A stretch of DNA of 64,000 bases from an uncultured Methanosarcinaceae archaeon (GCA_963733675.1 CAVTET010000004.1:672001-736000); one strand, 5' to 3'; shown: positions 1-11,058, numbered from the stretch's first letter. The notes: generated by a model from the sequence alone, not told the origin. Program-made: numbers and translations.

Positions 1-781
1 ATGTACTAACATTATAAAACTATACCAAACAATTGATTAATGTATTTGACTTCATTAAGAACAGAGTAATTTAAATTATTGACTTGTCCTTTTTTGATCA
101 TATTCATAGTTTCAATTCTTTTTAAAGTTTTATTAGCAGATCGAAAAGACTGAAATCCTAATATTGGATTAACGATTCGCTTTATAGATCTATGATCTTG
201 TTCTATAATGTTATTCAAATACTTGATTTGTCGAATGCCTACGTTTTTAGGTAGTATTTTATCAATTTTTAGTTTATCTATAGCAGGTGGATAAGCTGGA
301 TTCTTATCAACGGTTATTAATCTTGGAATTTGATTATGATTAGAACTTAAAGCTTTCTTAAAGAATCTCTTCGCTGCCTTTCTATCTCGTTTTGAACTTA
401 ACATGAAATCAATTGTATCTACATTGGAATCAACTGCTCGATAAAGATATTTCCATTTACCTTTTACTTTGATATAGGTTTCATCAACTCTCCATGAATC
501 ATTTGTTGGTCTTAAATGTCTTCTTATCTTCTTTTCTATTTCAGGGGAATATTGATGTACCCATCTCATTATAGTACTATGATCAACTTGAATTCCTCTT
601 TCTATCATCATTTCCTTTAAATTTTTATAGCTCAGTGGGTATTTTAAGTACCATCTTACATTCAATAAGATAATTTCCCCTTCATAATGCTTCCATTTAA
701 AGGAATTAGATAGCATGTTACTATCTTTGGTTTTCTTTTTATTCTATTGTATCATTAGAAAGGATTTTTTGCAACGGAACC
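1..781 (-). mobile_element. IS6-family insertion sequence (far end outside window)
   Basis: Terminal IR GGTTCCGTTGCAAAAA (reverse complement) ends at 781; contains an intact transposase ORF. Confidence 0.92.
12..716 (-). CDS. IS6-family DDE transposase, only intact copy in window
   Basis: 234 aa; motifs VRWYLKYPLSY, WRVDETY, YLYRAVD, TVDKNPAY, YLNNIIEQDHR. Confidence 0.93.
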   Translation of the reverse strand: MLSNSFKWKHYEGEIILLNVRWYLKYPLSYKNLKEMMIERGIQVDHSTIMRWVHQYSPEIEKKIRRHLRPTNDSWRVDETYIKVKGKWKYLYRAVDSNVDTIDFMLSSKRDRKAAKRFFKKALSSNHNQIPRLITVDKNPAYPPAIDKLKIDKILPKNVGIRQIKYLNNIIEQDHRSIKRIVNPILGFQSFRSANKTLKRIETMNMIKKGQVNNLNYSVLNEVKYINQLFGIVL

Positions 782-869
782 CTGATTATTCTTATAACTG
801 ATTAACAACTTGAATGCTAAAATATGCAATTTTTGACCTTGAATTTTTTTGAATATTCTTTAATATTAA

Positions 870-1900
870 CTGACCTTTAAAGTTAAAGGCGATGTAGGGA
901 AATCAGACGTTCTGGTTTACTCGTAAATGGGGAAATCCTGTCTGATTATGGAATAAAAGTAAAAGATATATCCGAATATCCTCTCAACGACATGGAACCG
1001 CAGACATTTCTTGTTTCACATGGGCACCTTGACCACGTGGGGTAGTGCCTAACTTGATGTACCAGAATCCGAGGTCTATAAAACCCCACCGACTGCAGAA
1101 TTTACCAAACTTCTAGGGAGAGATACCTTCAAACTCGCAAAGACTACACTTTCAGGTGTATCCCCTTTTGATCCGGAAGATCTCCATCAACTTGGCTACA
1201 GGATACGAAAATAGATTATTGATATATTCCAAAAAAAATAGATACAGAGTTTGCTTTTACAACGCAGGTCATATCCCTGGTGTTTCGAAAATCCACCTGA
1301 AATCCGAACACTAAGAAAGTCTGTCCTATACAGGAGATTGCAGCCTGAAGGAAAAAAGATTTGTACAGGGTGCAGCCTAACTTTCTGAAGCAGAGACGCT
1401 TGTGCTCAAAAGCGCGTAGTTCGAGAAAGACCATATTCCACGAAAGGAAAACGAAGAAAGGTTTATCGAATAAATCCAAGATACTTGGAGAAAGGAGGCA
1501 TTGTCCCTTATCCCTGCCTGTGCAATAGGTCGGACTCAGGAGGTTCTTATGCTACTTGACGCACATGGAATCAGAGCTTATGTGGATGGTTTTGGCCTGG
1601 ATGTCTACGAAATACTTAAAAAATCCCCTGAATACCTGAGGAATCCTGAGATTCTTGAAAGGGCTTTCATACGTGTGGTTCCCGTAAAATCCAGCAGAGT
1701 GAGACTGTATAAAGATCTCAAATCAAAAATCCTATTTACCGGCTACCTGGTTGAAGGCACAAATGGTAGCTGGCTCTTTAACGTATGATTATTGAAACAA
1801 AAGAAGATGCCCTTCAACTCAAAACCAAAACTGAGAGTCTGTTACCTTTTAAAGAAAACAGAAAAATGTACAGTCCTTTCAAAAACCTGCGAAACACTTA
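870..1900 (+). pseudogene. MBL-fold/beta-CASP ribonuclease-like pseudogene
   Basis: Fragments across frames: SHGHLDH (~1015-1035), YNAGHIPG (~1258), IPACAIGRTQE, LFTGYLVEGTNG; many frameshifts; ends approximate. Confidence 0.7.
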
Positions 1901-1927
1901 AGCCTCAAAAAATCCAATTATCAGGAT

Positions 1928-2473
1928 ATGATACTGAATCCTGAATCTGAGATCCTTGAGACACTTGCAAAGAGTATCCTTCTGGCTGCACGGACTGCCC
2001 CAAAAGCCAAAGGAGTAGACGACATCGTAACTGCCTTTGTTGAAAATAATGATATTGAAGTACTTGCCCTGACAATGGAAAAGCTGGCAGATGAAAAGGG
2101 CACAGGTTTCGATTTCTTGAAAAGGGATGCTGAAAACCTCAGAGATGCCGGGGTTGCGATCCTGATAGGCGTTAAAACCAGTGGAGCTGCAGGTCTTGAT
2201 TGCAGAGCCTGTGGCTTTGAAACCTGTGCAGAGATGTTGAACCGGCAAAAGGTAGAAGCAGAGTTTAAAGGCCCAAATTGCATGTTTAAACATGCAGACC
2301 TGGGAATTGCTGTAGGTGCAGCTGTTGCAAAAGCCAAAGATTTCTGTATCGACAACAGGGTTATGTACACTATTGGTGCAGCTGCAAGGATATCGGGTTT
2401 ACTGGATGCTGATGTTGTTTTCGGAATTCCCTTAAGTATAACAGGGAAAAATATTTTCTTTGACAGGAAATAA
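1928..2473 (+). CDS. DUF2148 ferredoxin-domain/nitroreductase-like protein
   Basis: AARTAPKAKGVD, CxxCGFxxC, DLGIAVG, DNRVMYTIG, GKNIFFDR. Confidence 0.85.
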   Translation: MILNPESEILETLAKSILLAARTAPKAKGVDDIVTAFVENNDIEVLALTMEKLADEKGTGFDFLKRDAENLRDAGVAILIGVKTSGAAGLDCRACGFETCAEMLNRQKVEAEFKGPNCMFKHADLGIAVGAAVAKAKDFCIDNRVMYTIGAAARISGLLDADVVFGIPLSITGKNIFFDRK

Positions 2474-2875
2474 AGACTTTTGATTATATTGCTGGCAATC
2501 ACACCACCTTAAATTACGAAATAATAAATATTTATACAGTCTCATCCTGAGACAGGGTTTTAATCTAGCGATACATTGAAAATTATTTAGTTATGTTTTA
2601 ATATTTTTAAGGGTTATCAAAATTTACCATTAATTCAATTCGCTATCTACTGAATCAATTTAAAATCCAGAAAATGATAAAAAGCCCAGTATTCAGAAAA
2701 TAATACATTATATATGTCAGCCTTATTTATATCCTGTAGAGTAGCTTGCTTGTATTTGATAAGCTTTCTGTACTTAAAAATGTCTCTCAAATAAGGCATT
2801 TTTCAACAAAAACCAAACGCACCAAATTTATTACCAGATCTGATAATAATGAAATGTCTTTATAGACAAATAATG

Positions 2876-3065
2876 AATGTAATTGTATCCAGATATGGGG
2901 TGAAAAAACATTATTAACTGCTAAACCGTTTAGATTATTTACTTGGAACAAAATTGATAACAAAGAAACATCTTTGCAGATAAATATCGAATGTAAACAT
3001 ATCCAAATTTGGGGTGAAAAACATTATTAACTGCTAACCACTTAGATTATTTACTTGGAACAAAA
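2876..3065 (+). repeat. Imperfect ~77-bp direct repeat (period ~114 bp) upstream of nrd operon
   Basis: 2876-2953 and 2990-3065 share TGGGGTGAAAAA(A)CATTATTAACTGCTAA...TTAGATTATTTACTTGGAACAAAA. Confidence 0.9.
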
Positions 3066-3327
3066 AGGAGTGTTAACTAAATAAAGTGGGAAATTATTTA
3101 AGGGAAGATTTTGTAGAAATTTCGCCTTTTTCCGATATTTCTGAATAATGCTTGAAAAGACACATGTTTGAAAATATACATAAATATAGAATATAAAGAT
3201 TAGATGATTTAATCAATATAGAATTTTGTTCTCTAGCTGCGAAGCGCTCTGAAACAGCGCGTCCATACCTTAAACAGTCAAAATAAAATTAGTATAACTA
3301 GTAGTGAAAAATCTGAGAGGCTCAAAC

Positions 3328-3606
3328 ATGGCAGAAATAATCGTCTATACAACGGAAAGGTGCCCGAAATGCAATAAATTAAAAAAATTTCTAGAAGATA
3401 ATTCAGTGACTTTCAACTCAGCAGAAATGGATACCCCGAAAGCTTTGACAGAACTACGTTTCAATGGAGTTTTTACATTAACAGCGCCTGTTTTACAGAT
3501 CAATGACATCTTTCTAACCCATGAAGAGCTGTTCATTGGCGAAGAAGTAAACACGGAAAAAATTTTTGGTGTTTTATTGATACAACCGTCTGAAACTTCA
3601 GAATGA
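3328..3606 (+). CDS. nrdH: NrdH/glutaredoxin-like redoxin
   Basis: CPKC motif, APVL; ATG at 3328 after GAGAGG; directly upstream of nrdD. Confidence 0.85.
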   Translation: MAEIIVYTTERCPKCNKLKKFLEDNSVTFNSAEMDTPKALTELRFNGVFTLTAPVLQINDIFLTHEELFIGEEVNTEKIFGVLLIQPSETSE

Positions 3607-3653
3607 CCTAAGCAATTTGCAAATTTCACCCTTAAAACAACGAGGATGAGAAA

Positions 3654-6035
3654 ATGATAAGTGATATTCTTTTACAAGATAGCGATTTATCTGATAACCG
3701 GCCAGTTCAAAAGACACTTGATGGACTCCCCACCTCCCCTCTATCCAAAGATAAACATTTATCTGACAATCAGCAAGTGCAAAAGACACTTGATGGACTT
3801 TCAGTCTCTCCTTTCCCAAAAGTAAGGACTACAGACGGTTTCATGGTTAACTGGGATAGGAACATTATTGTGAATCAGCTTCTGAAAGAAACAAAACTAA
3901 GTGAAATCTTTTACAACAAACCTACAATCACGAAAGGAGAAGCAATTCATATAGCAAAGGAAGCTGAAAAAATTATCAAGAAGATGAATATCAAGTTTCT
4001 CTCAGGCCCTCTTATCCGTGAAATAGTGAATAATATTCTTCTTGACAGAGGCCATGTAGAATGGAGAAATATAATGACAAGAGTTGGGGCTTCTGTTTAC
4101 GATGCCTACGAAATAGATACCGGATATGGCTTTGAGGCAAATGATAATGCAAACCAGCTAAATAACGCCGAAACTTCACACAAGAGAAAAGCCGATAAGA
4201 TGTCTAAAGAACAAAATCTCCTCCTGATGCCAAAAGAGCTTGCTGACCTGCATCTGAATGGAGATTTCCACATTCACGATCTAGAATACATGGGTACAAG
4301 GCCTTTTTGTCAGGATTGGGACCTCCGCTACTTCTTTTATTATGGACTCATGCCTGACGGAGTCGGAACCCAATCCAGTGTGGCAAAGCCTGCAAAAAAT
4401 GCAGAAGTAGCTTTTCTTCACGCAGTAAAAGCCATGGGGTCAGCTCAGACAAATTTTGCAGGTGGACAGGGTTTTTATAATTTTCTAACTTTTATTGCTC
4501 CCTATCTGGAACTCAAGTCTGAAGCGGAGATCAGGCAACTTATGCAGATGTTCGTCTATGAAATGATGCAGATGATGTGTGCAAGAGGCGGCCAGACTGT
4601 CTTTTCATCCGTGCAACTTTCCCCAGGTGTTCCGAAACTCTGGAAGAACATTCCAATTATTGCTATGGGTAAGGTCTGGGATGGCAACCAGGCTCCCCTT
4701 AGAACCTATGGAGAATTTGAAAAAGAAGTTCGTCTTGGGTTCAAAGCTCTGATGGATGTTATGCTTGAAGGAGACGCCTGGGGAAAACCTTTCAGCTTCC
4801 CGAAGCCAGAGATCTCCATAGAGCCTGATTTTATGGAAGAAGATGAAAAATTCAATAAGACTCATCTTAATCTTCCTACTTATAAGGAGCTTTACAGAAT
4901 GAGCTTCGAACTGGCTGCCAAATTTGGAACCCCATACTTTGATAACCAGCTTCCCGCTTACAGAGGAGCAGGAGAAGGAATCTCATGTTATCAATGCTGT
5001 GCCTATCAATTTTCTGTAAATCCTACAGATGATAAAGATTTTGAGGACAAACTCCATTTTAGAGATGGAAAACACTTTTCAATGGGTTCGTGGATGGTCC
5101 TGTCCTTAAACTGTCCCAGAGCAGCGTACAGAGCCGAACATAATGATGAAAAGCTTTTCAATGAACTTAAGACCCTCATGAACAAGGGAGTGGAAGTTTT
5201 CAAGATAAAGAAAAAATGGATGAACAGTCTGATCAAGAAAAACAGAATTCCCTTTGCAGCCCAGCGTCCAAAGGATCCGAACACTAGAGAAAAAGGGGCA
5301 ATAGCTGTTGACTTCGACAGCCTTGTGTATACTATTGGAATAATAGGAATTAATGAGATGGTACAATACCACACAAATTACCAGATCCATGAGTCTTCTG
5401 TTGCGTATAAGCTTGCTATCAGGGCTATGTTCGAAATGAAAATGCACGCACAAAAGCTCTCGAAGGAAAACGATATGGAAATAGCTCTTGCAAGAACGCC
5501 GGCAGAAACAACCGCCCAGCGCTTTGCAGTCTCAGACCTCCTGCATAGTGAATATGCTGAAAAGGCAGAACAAACAATAAAAGGAGACCTTAAAACTGCA
5601 AAGAGAGAGTTAAATGAGGCCCATGACCTACCTATTTACTACACCAATGGGACTCACATTCCTCCTGGGGCCGATATCTCCCTGACTGACAGGATAATGT
5701 ACGAGCATACTTTCTTTCCGATCGTGGACGGCGGAAATATAATGCACATCTGGCTTGGAGAAGGAAAGCCAGATCCTGAGGGCCTACAGGAGCTTGCCAT
5801 GCATATCGCAAAAAACACCCAAACGGGTTACTTTGCTTTTACAAGAGACATGACTGTGTGCACTGACGAGGGATATGTAGCATCCGGCCTTCTAAACAAA
5901 TGTCCAAAATGTAGGTCTGAAAACGTGCAACATCTCTCAAGAATCACAGGTTATCTCCAGTCAGTAGAAGGTTGGAACAGAGGCAAGCGCCAGGAGCTCC
6001 TTGACAGAAAAAGATACAGTATAAAAGTGAACTAA
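3654..6035 (+). CDS. nrdD: Anaerobic (class III) ribonucleoside-triphosphate reductase
   Basis: ATP-cone region, HIHDL, YQCC finger loop, TPAET, YYTNG, C-terminal Zn site, glycyl-radical motif SRITGY. Confidence 0.97.
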   Translation: MISDILLQDSDLSDNRPVQKTLDGLPTSPLSKDKHLSDNQQVQKTLDGLSVSPFPKVRTTDGFMVNWDRNIIVNQLLKETKLSEIFYNKPTITKGEAIHIAKEAEKIIKKMNIKFLSGPLIREIVNNILLDRGHVEWRNIMTRVGASVYDAYEIDTGYGFEANDNANQLNNAETSHKRKADKMSKEQNLLLMPKELADLHLNGDFHIHDLEYMGTRPFCQDWDLRYFFYYGLMPDGVGTQSSVAKPAKNAEVAFLHAVKAMGSAQTNFAGGQGFYNFLTFIAPYLELKSEAEIRQLMQMFVYEMMQMMCARGGQTVFSSVQLSPGVPKLWKNIPIIAMGKVWDGNQAPLRTYGEFEKEVRLGFKALMDVMLEGDAWGKPFSFPKPEISIEPDFMEEDEKFNKTHLNLPTYKELYRMSFELAAKFGTPYFDNQLPAYRGAGEGISCYQCCAYQFSVNPTDDKDFEDKLHFRDGKHFSMGSWMVLSLNCPRAAYRAEHNDEKLFNELKTLMNKGVEVFKIKKKWMNSLIKKNRIPFAAQRPKDPNTREKGAIAVDFDSLVYTIGIIGINEMVQYHTNYQIHESSVAYKLAIRAMFEMKMHAQKLSKENDMEIALARTPAETTAQRFAVSDLLHSEYAEKAEQTIKGDLKTAKRELNEAHDLPIYYTNGTHIPPGADISLTDRIMYEHTFFPIVDGGNIMHIWLGEGKPDPEGLQELAMHIAKNTQTGYFAFTRDMTVCTDEGYVASGLLNKCPKCRSENVQHLSRITGYLQSVEGWNRGKRQELLDRKRYSIKVN

Positions 6036-6088
6036 GTAAAGTTTTCTCCACCATTTTATACTCAATAGTGTTAGAAGTTATAACTGTC

Positions 6089-6859
6089 ATGAAAGTAAAC
6101 TATGCAGATACAGTTTCCCTTTCAACCCTGGACTGGAGAGGAAAAGCTGCAATAACCATCTTTTTTCGGGGATGTCCTCTTCGTTGCCCCTACTGCCAGA
6201 ACCATCCCTATCTAGAAGAACCTGACCTTGTGGAACTCGACTTCGTAAAAGAGATAATTAAAAAATCGAAGAACTTCGTGAGTGCAGTTGTTTTTTCTGG
6301 AGGGGAACCTCTAATGCAGTCAGCAATTTTGTCACTCGCAGAGTTTGCAAAAGAACTCGGGCTCTTAGTCGGAATTCACACAAACGGTTGCTACCCGGAA
6401 ATGGAACAAGAACTGATTAAGAGAAAATTGGTTGATAAGTTTTTCATAGATGTAAAAGCTCCCCCGGATGATCCAGAGATTTATGGAAAAGTAGCAGGCT
6501 TGAAAAAATACAAAACCGTAAAAAAAACTCCTGGAGAGATAACTGCAGCTGTCATAAAATCGATTGAAATCGCGGATTCATGCCGCTTGGAACTGGAACT
6601 CCGTACAACTGTAATCAGAGATTTTATTGGAAGCAAAGAGGAAATCTCCAGCATAGCTGCCTGGATTTTGGGACACGTAAAAAATAGGGAAGTTATCTAT
6701 GTACTGCAACAGGGAATTCCGGAATACAGTCTTCAGGAAAATCTAAGGAAAACACGAATTTTAGAAAGGGAAGAGCTATATTATCTGGGAAAAATAGCAA
6801 ATAAATTCCTCAAGAACGTTCGAATAAGGACAATAGAAGCAGGAGAAGAAATTATCTAA
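6089..6859 (+). CDS. nrdG: Class III RNR activating radical SAM enzyme
   Basis: GCPLRCPYCQN, FSGGEP, IHTNG, ELRTT; follows nrdD. Confidence 0.93.
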   Translation: MKVNYADTVSLSTLDWRGKAAITIFFRGCPLRCPYCQNHPYLEEPDLVELDFVKEIIKKSKNFVSAVVFSGGEPLMQSAILSLAEFAKELGLLVGIHTNGCYPEMEQELIKRKLVDKFFIDVKAPPDDPEIYGKVAGLKKYKTVKKTPGEITAAVIKSIEIADSCRLELELRTTVIRDFIGSKEEISSIAAWILGHVKNREVIYVLQQGIPEYSLQENLRKTRILEREELYYLGKIANKFLKNVRIRTIEAGEEII

Positions 6860-6970
6860 AATTAATACTCTTCAACATTACATCCTAAAGTTGATACCTT
6901 CCACTAATTCTAAATGAAAATCAATCCCATCTTTAGCGATTTTATTTGACAAAATTTATGAATATATAAA

Positions 6971-7060
6971 AGAGTATTTCGATAAACCCCCTAATTTCTT
7001 CATATGCATATAACCCGTATATAAATAACTATGAAAATCAGGTTTTTATCGAAATATTCT
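6971..7060. mobile_element. ~90-bp MITE, family B
   Basis: Inverted ends AGAGTATTTCGATAAA / TTTATCGAAATATTCT; similar copies at 26965, 51586, 54642, 60299. Confidence 0.75.
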
Positions 7061-7296
7061 AAAGTATCATAATCCATTAAAAAGAATTGATAATAGGTTT
7101 AATTTATCTAAAACCGTGATTAGGAAAAAATCCTAAATCAAGATAATTTACTGAGATGATGGAAAAAGTAAGCGAATTGAAATATCCAGAACAACTTTTT
7201 GTTAGAAAAACTATATTCTTGTTCTGGTCACTAACAAGTGTGCAACTTTGGCCAGGAAAAATTCATGACATTGAAAATATCATAAGTATTGACTAA

Positions 7297-8165
7297 GAGG
7301 CTATCCGAAAAGTCCTGCTGATCTGAATGTTATCAATGCGCACGCTAAATGTAGGACAGCAAGGTAATTTTCAATTTTCTTTTCCCATCTTATAAGGAGT
7401 CTTCTGAATCTATTCAGCCAAAAATGTGTCCTTTCTACAATCCATCTTCTTGCCCTAAAACCAGGTATGCCTCTTCTTATGTTTTCTTCTCCACGACTTT
7501 TGATATGCAGTATAACCATATTCTTCAACCAATTTTCTGATATCGGTGAAATCATAACCCTTATCCATGCATATATTCTGAATTATGTCTTCTGGAGAAA
7601 GTCTTTCAAAGAATATGGCTTCTAAAGTCCTTTTTACAAGTTTTTTATCGTGACGATTGGCTCCATCCACGACAACAGAAAGTGGTATGCCTTTACCATC
7701 AGTTAAAACACTCCTTTTTGTACCTTTTTTGCCACGATCAGTAGGATTGGCTCCTTTTCTAGCTCCACCTAATGGTGCTTTTGTCATAGCACCATCAATT
7801 GATTGTCATTCCCATTCTAATCCTTTTTCGAAATCATACTCGACAAGACCAGCCAGCCACATGCTCTCAAATAAGCCTGATAGTTGTCATTCCTGAAATC
7901 GATCATGTAAGTGCTTGGAGCTCCATAAAATCGTGGCAATGCTTTCCATTGGCAACCAGTAAAAAGGAGATAGAAAATGCCACTCATTATTTTCCTATCA
8001 CCCTTTCTAGGTCTTCCAGACTTCTTTTTTGGCTTAGGTACAGATAGTAAAGGTTCTATTTTTGTCCAATAATCTTCAGAAATTTCGTAGTCCGGAACAA
8101 TTTTCCGTTTTGTCATTACCACACATGATCTTAAATTGAAAGTAGATTATTTTTCGGATAGGCTC
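7297..8165 (-). mobile_element. IS5-family (IS1031-like) element, full length, transposase inactivated
   Basis: 15-bp IRs GAG(G/C)CTATCCGAAAA, TAA duplicated on both sides; fragments GRPR, TGCQWKALP, NPTDRGK, DKGYD, RWIVERT; frameshifts and two in-frame TGA. Confidence 0.9.
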
Positions 8166-8485
8166 TAAGATGAAAATAGAAGAAAACAAAAATTGTGGAA
8201 TAAAAAATTTCAAAATAGTATAAATTTGAATAAAAGTGGATTCAAAAACCTGCAAATATAAATTAATTTTACAATGCAAGCCAAAAGTCTATAAGTGAAT
8301 CAGATCGGGGCTGTAAATTATGTACCAATTCTAGAAAAAGAGTATGTTTCCTGCCTTTGAGAATAAATGTTAAGAAAGTTCTAAGCACATTATTTTAAAC
8401 AAATTATGGACATTACAGAATTTCATTATTTTTTTAAATTTATAGAATAACCAGAAAAAATTTAAAAAAATCAAGATTGACGATT

Positions 8486-9673
8486 TTAAAGTTCTGATGT
8501 CACCTTTTTTAGATCCTTAATAAATTCTTCGACATCTTGGACCGTGCTATGAGGCATGAGTACCAATCGGAGAGACCTGGGAGTACGGGTTATTGAGACA
8601 TTCCAGCTAAATTTCCTGAGGAGCTGCTCGCGGACACGGTCAGGATCCGAAATTTTAAAGGCAACTACGTTCATTGTAGGCTCAAGAAGGGGTTCAAAAC
8701 CAAGTTCTCTAAATTCATTAATAATTTTTGCAGTAAGTTTCATGCAATACTGAACATTTTTTACGTAACCTTCACGACCTAAATATTTCATGACAGCGTA
8801 TGTTGCAGCAGCTGAAGCCCCACTCCTAGTTCCTGTAAGAGTGTATTGAGACTTTGTAGTAAGATATGGAGTGTTTACTTTAAGAGAATCCAAGAAAGAA
8901 GGAGACTTGAACAAGAGAGCACCTGATGGAATCGTAGAAAGACCCATTTTATGGGGATCTATTGCAATAGAAGTTACTCCAGGAATTTTGAAATCAAAAG
9001 GATATGATTTCTCAAGGAATGGGATCACAAAGCCCCCAAAAGCTGCATCAACATGAAGGAAAAGCTCATTTTCAAGGGCAAGTTTTGCTAGTTTCTCTAT
9101 AGGATCTACCTGGCCAAATTCCGTGCTCCCCGCTATGCCTACAAGTCCTATGGTACTACTATCTATCAGGCCTTCAACACAGGCAGTATCCACTTTAAAC
9201 TCGGAATCCAAAAGAGCCCTTCTAACTTCAATACCCATCATATCGGCAATCTTATCAAATGAAAAATGAGCCGATTCGGGAATTACTATATTTGGAATTC
9301 CCCCTAATTTTTTCTTTCCTGCAATTACAAAGTTTTTCATTCCCCTAACAGCCTGGATATTGGACTCGGTACCTCCAGTTGTAAGGTAACCGTTAACTGA
9401 ATTCTCACAAGATTCTCCGGAAAAGATATCAAAAGACGGAGCATGAAGAAGCTCCCCCAACATCCTGATAACTTCTTTTTCCAGCCTGTGAGCTCCTGCA
9501 AAAAGTCCAAAGTCACCCAAGTTAGTCTCAATAAATCGTCTGTGAGCTTCAACTGCGATTTTATGAGGGTTGGTACACATTGAACTCAAAACCCGATAGT
9601 AATCCGTATCTTCTGATTTTGCAGTTTCCAGATCGGAAAATATCTTTTCTTCAGAAAGACCCTGATCATTCAT
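8486..9673 (-). CDS. mfnA: L-tyrosine/L-aspartate decarboxylase (PLP; methanofuran biosynthesis)
   Basis: SSMCT, TNLGD, GGTESN, AHFSFDK, HVDAAFGG, IDPHKMG, LTGTRSG. Confidence 0.93.
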   Translation of the reverse strand: MNDQGLSEEKIFSDLETAKSEDTDYYRVLSSMCTNPHKIAVEAHRRFIETNLGDFGLFAGAHRLEKEVIRMLGELLHAPSFDIFSGESCENSVNGYLTTGGTESNIQAVRGMKNFVIAGKKKLGGIPNIVIPESAHFSFDKIADMMGIEVRRALLDSEFKVDTACVEGLIDSSTIGLVGIAGSTEFGQVDPIEKLAKLALENELFLHVDAAFGGFVIPFLEKSYPFDFKIPGVTSIAIDPHKMGLSTIPSGALLFKSPSFLDSLKVNTPYLTTKSQYTLTGTRSGASAAATYAVMKYLGREGYVKNVQYCMKLTAKIINEFRELGFEPLLEPTMNVVAFKISDPDRVREQLLRKFSWNVSITRTPRSLRLVLMPHSTVQDVEEFIKDLKKVTSEL

Positions 9674-9931
9674 ATAGATAAGGTAAAACCAGTTGTATTT
9701 AAAATACTTATGGAATATAACTTTGAAACTATTTTATGATGGGTAAAGAAATGTGTAATATCTATTAAATTTATAAAATAAATTATATTAAGATAAATCT
9801 AAATGAAAAAGTAAGTTTATTTTAAACATACTTTTATAATGTTAATATATATTTGTATTCACTGATTATAACGTGCATGAAAAACAGGGATAACAGGTAA
9901 TGTATCGTAAAAGAACATATTAAAAGAGAGG

Positions 9932-9952
9932 GACCCCCTTGCTTCCACTGGA
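9932..9952 (-). promoter_or_regulatory. Origin recognition box (ORB1)
   Basis: Minus strand TCCAGTGGAAGCAAGGGGGTC matches the archaeal ORB pattern (TCCAGTGGAA plus G-string). Confidence 0.8.
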
Positions 9953-10236
9953 GGTGGTTAAATGAGGTTTTAGGAGGGAAATAGACTTTCAATGCAGTGA
10001 CAATATCAGATCATAATTAAAAAAATATTTATTAATGTAAATAAATATCACAACTGCTAAAATTGAACAAAATATTTAGAAAAAGTTGTGAATTAATAAA
10101 ATAATCATTCTGAGCGATAATAGATTGAATTAATGTTAAAGACTATAATTATATATACTATAAATTCAATAAGGACAATATTATTTTGTTACCTTAAGAT
10201 ATGACACTATTTTTGTGATACGCAATCGAAAAACTA

Positions 10237-10257
10237 TACAGTGGAAACAATGGGGTC
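10237..10257 (+). promoter_or_regulatory. Origin recognition box (ORB2)
   Basis: TACAGTGGAAACAATGGGGTC. Confidence 0.75.
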
Positions 10258-10275
10258 GGGGTGTTTTATAAACAA

Positions 10276-10296
10276 TCCAGTGGAAACAGGGGGGTC
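10276..10296 (+). promoter_or_regulatory. Origin recognition box (ORB3)
   Basis: TCCAGTGGAAACAGGGGGGTC. Confidence 0.82.
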
Positions 10297-10487
10297 TTAT
10301 TAAAAAATCCCTAGATTCTTCAATTCTTTTCATTTTCCTTTATTACAATCAACTACTCAATAGCAAGCTGTGGAGATAAAAACTTCTCTAAAAATAGTCA
10401 TTATTAATTGATTTATAGAGAATTTAGATAAACTACTTTTCATTTGATTATTGAAGAGTTAAACTCTCTTAACAATAATTTTTACTC

Positions 10488-10945
10488 ATGAAAACTTTAA
10501 CTAATTTTGCTCTTAAAGGTGAACAGAAGTATCTTCAGTCAGTTGGAGATATATTTTTTGAAATTGATTCCTTAATTGCTTGGCAATCTTTTTGTATCAT
10601 TTTTGAGTTATATATTTTAACAAAACAGTTTTATGAGGCGGACTTGAAGCTAAAGTAATTGTTATTTTTAAAATGTTTGTTTTACAGCAATATTACTGAC
10701 CTTTCCGGCTCTTAACTTGAGTAGCAATGTATTGATTTGACTTATTTCAGAAATTTTTTTGGTTTTCCTAAGTACATGCCAGATAGTACCATAATTTGCT
10801 CATTTAAAAAATAAATTATTGGTAACTGCAAAGAAGAAGAAATATGAGGACAGTTACAAAGCTAAAATGATTAGCTTTGTTTGAAAATAAAAAAGCGACT
10901 TATTCAGTATGTCATTTTTATCTATTCAGATCCTAATATGCAAAA
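10488..10945 (+). pseudogene. Highly decayed IS5-family transposase relic
   Basis: Fragments MKTLTNFALK, EIDSLIAW, FKMFVLQQ, FRNFF/FPKYMPDST, FIYSDP; many stops and indels. Confidence 0.6.
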
Positions 10946-11058
10946 GAAAAAAATAAAGGGTATTTATAAAAAGTTATGATAGTGTGGGAGAGATCAAAAC
11001 AAAAGGTATTAAGCGAAAATATTATATGTATCAAATACCTCTAGAGTTGTTGCAATAC

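Larger units (their letters stand above)
9932..10296. other. Putative replication origin (inverted ORBs around AT-rich stretch)
   Basis: Three ORBs; very AT-rich ~10000-10230; long ORF-free region. Confidence 0.7.

Noticed and set aside
3654-6035. Intein or intron in nrdD
   Set aside because: Normal length, continuous motifs, no splicing or endonuclease signatures
7806-7889. UGA recoded as Trp or Sec
   Set aside because: Many intact genes (thi4, nrdH, acyP, HDAC) end in TGA at expected positions
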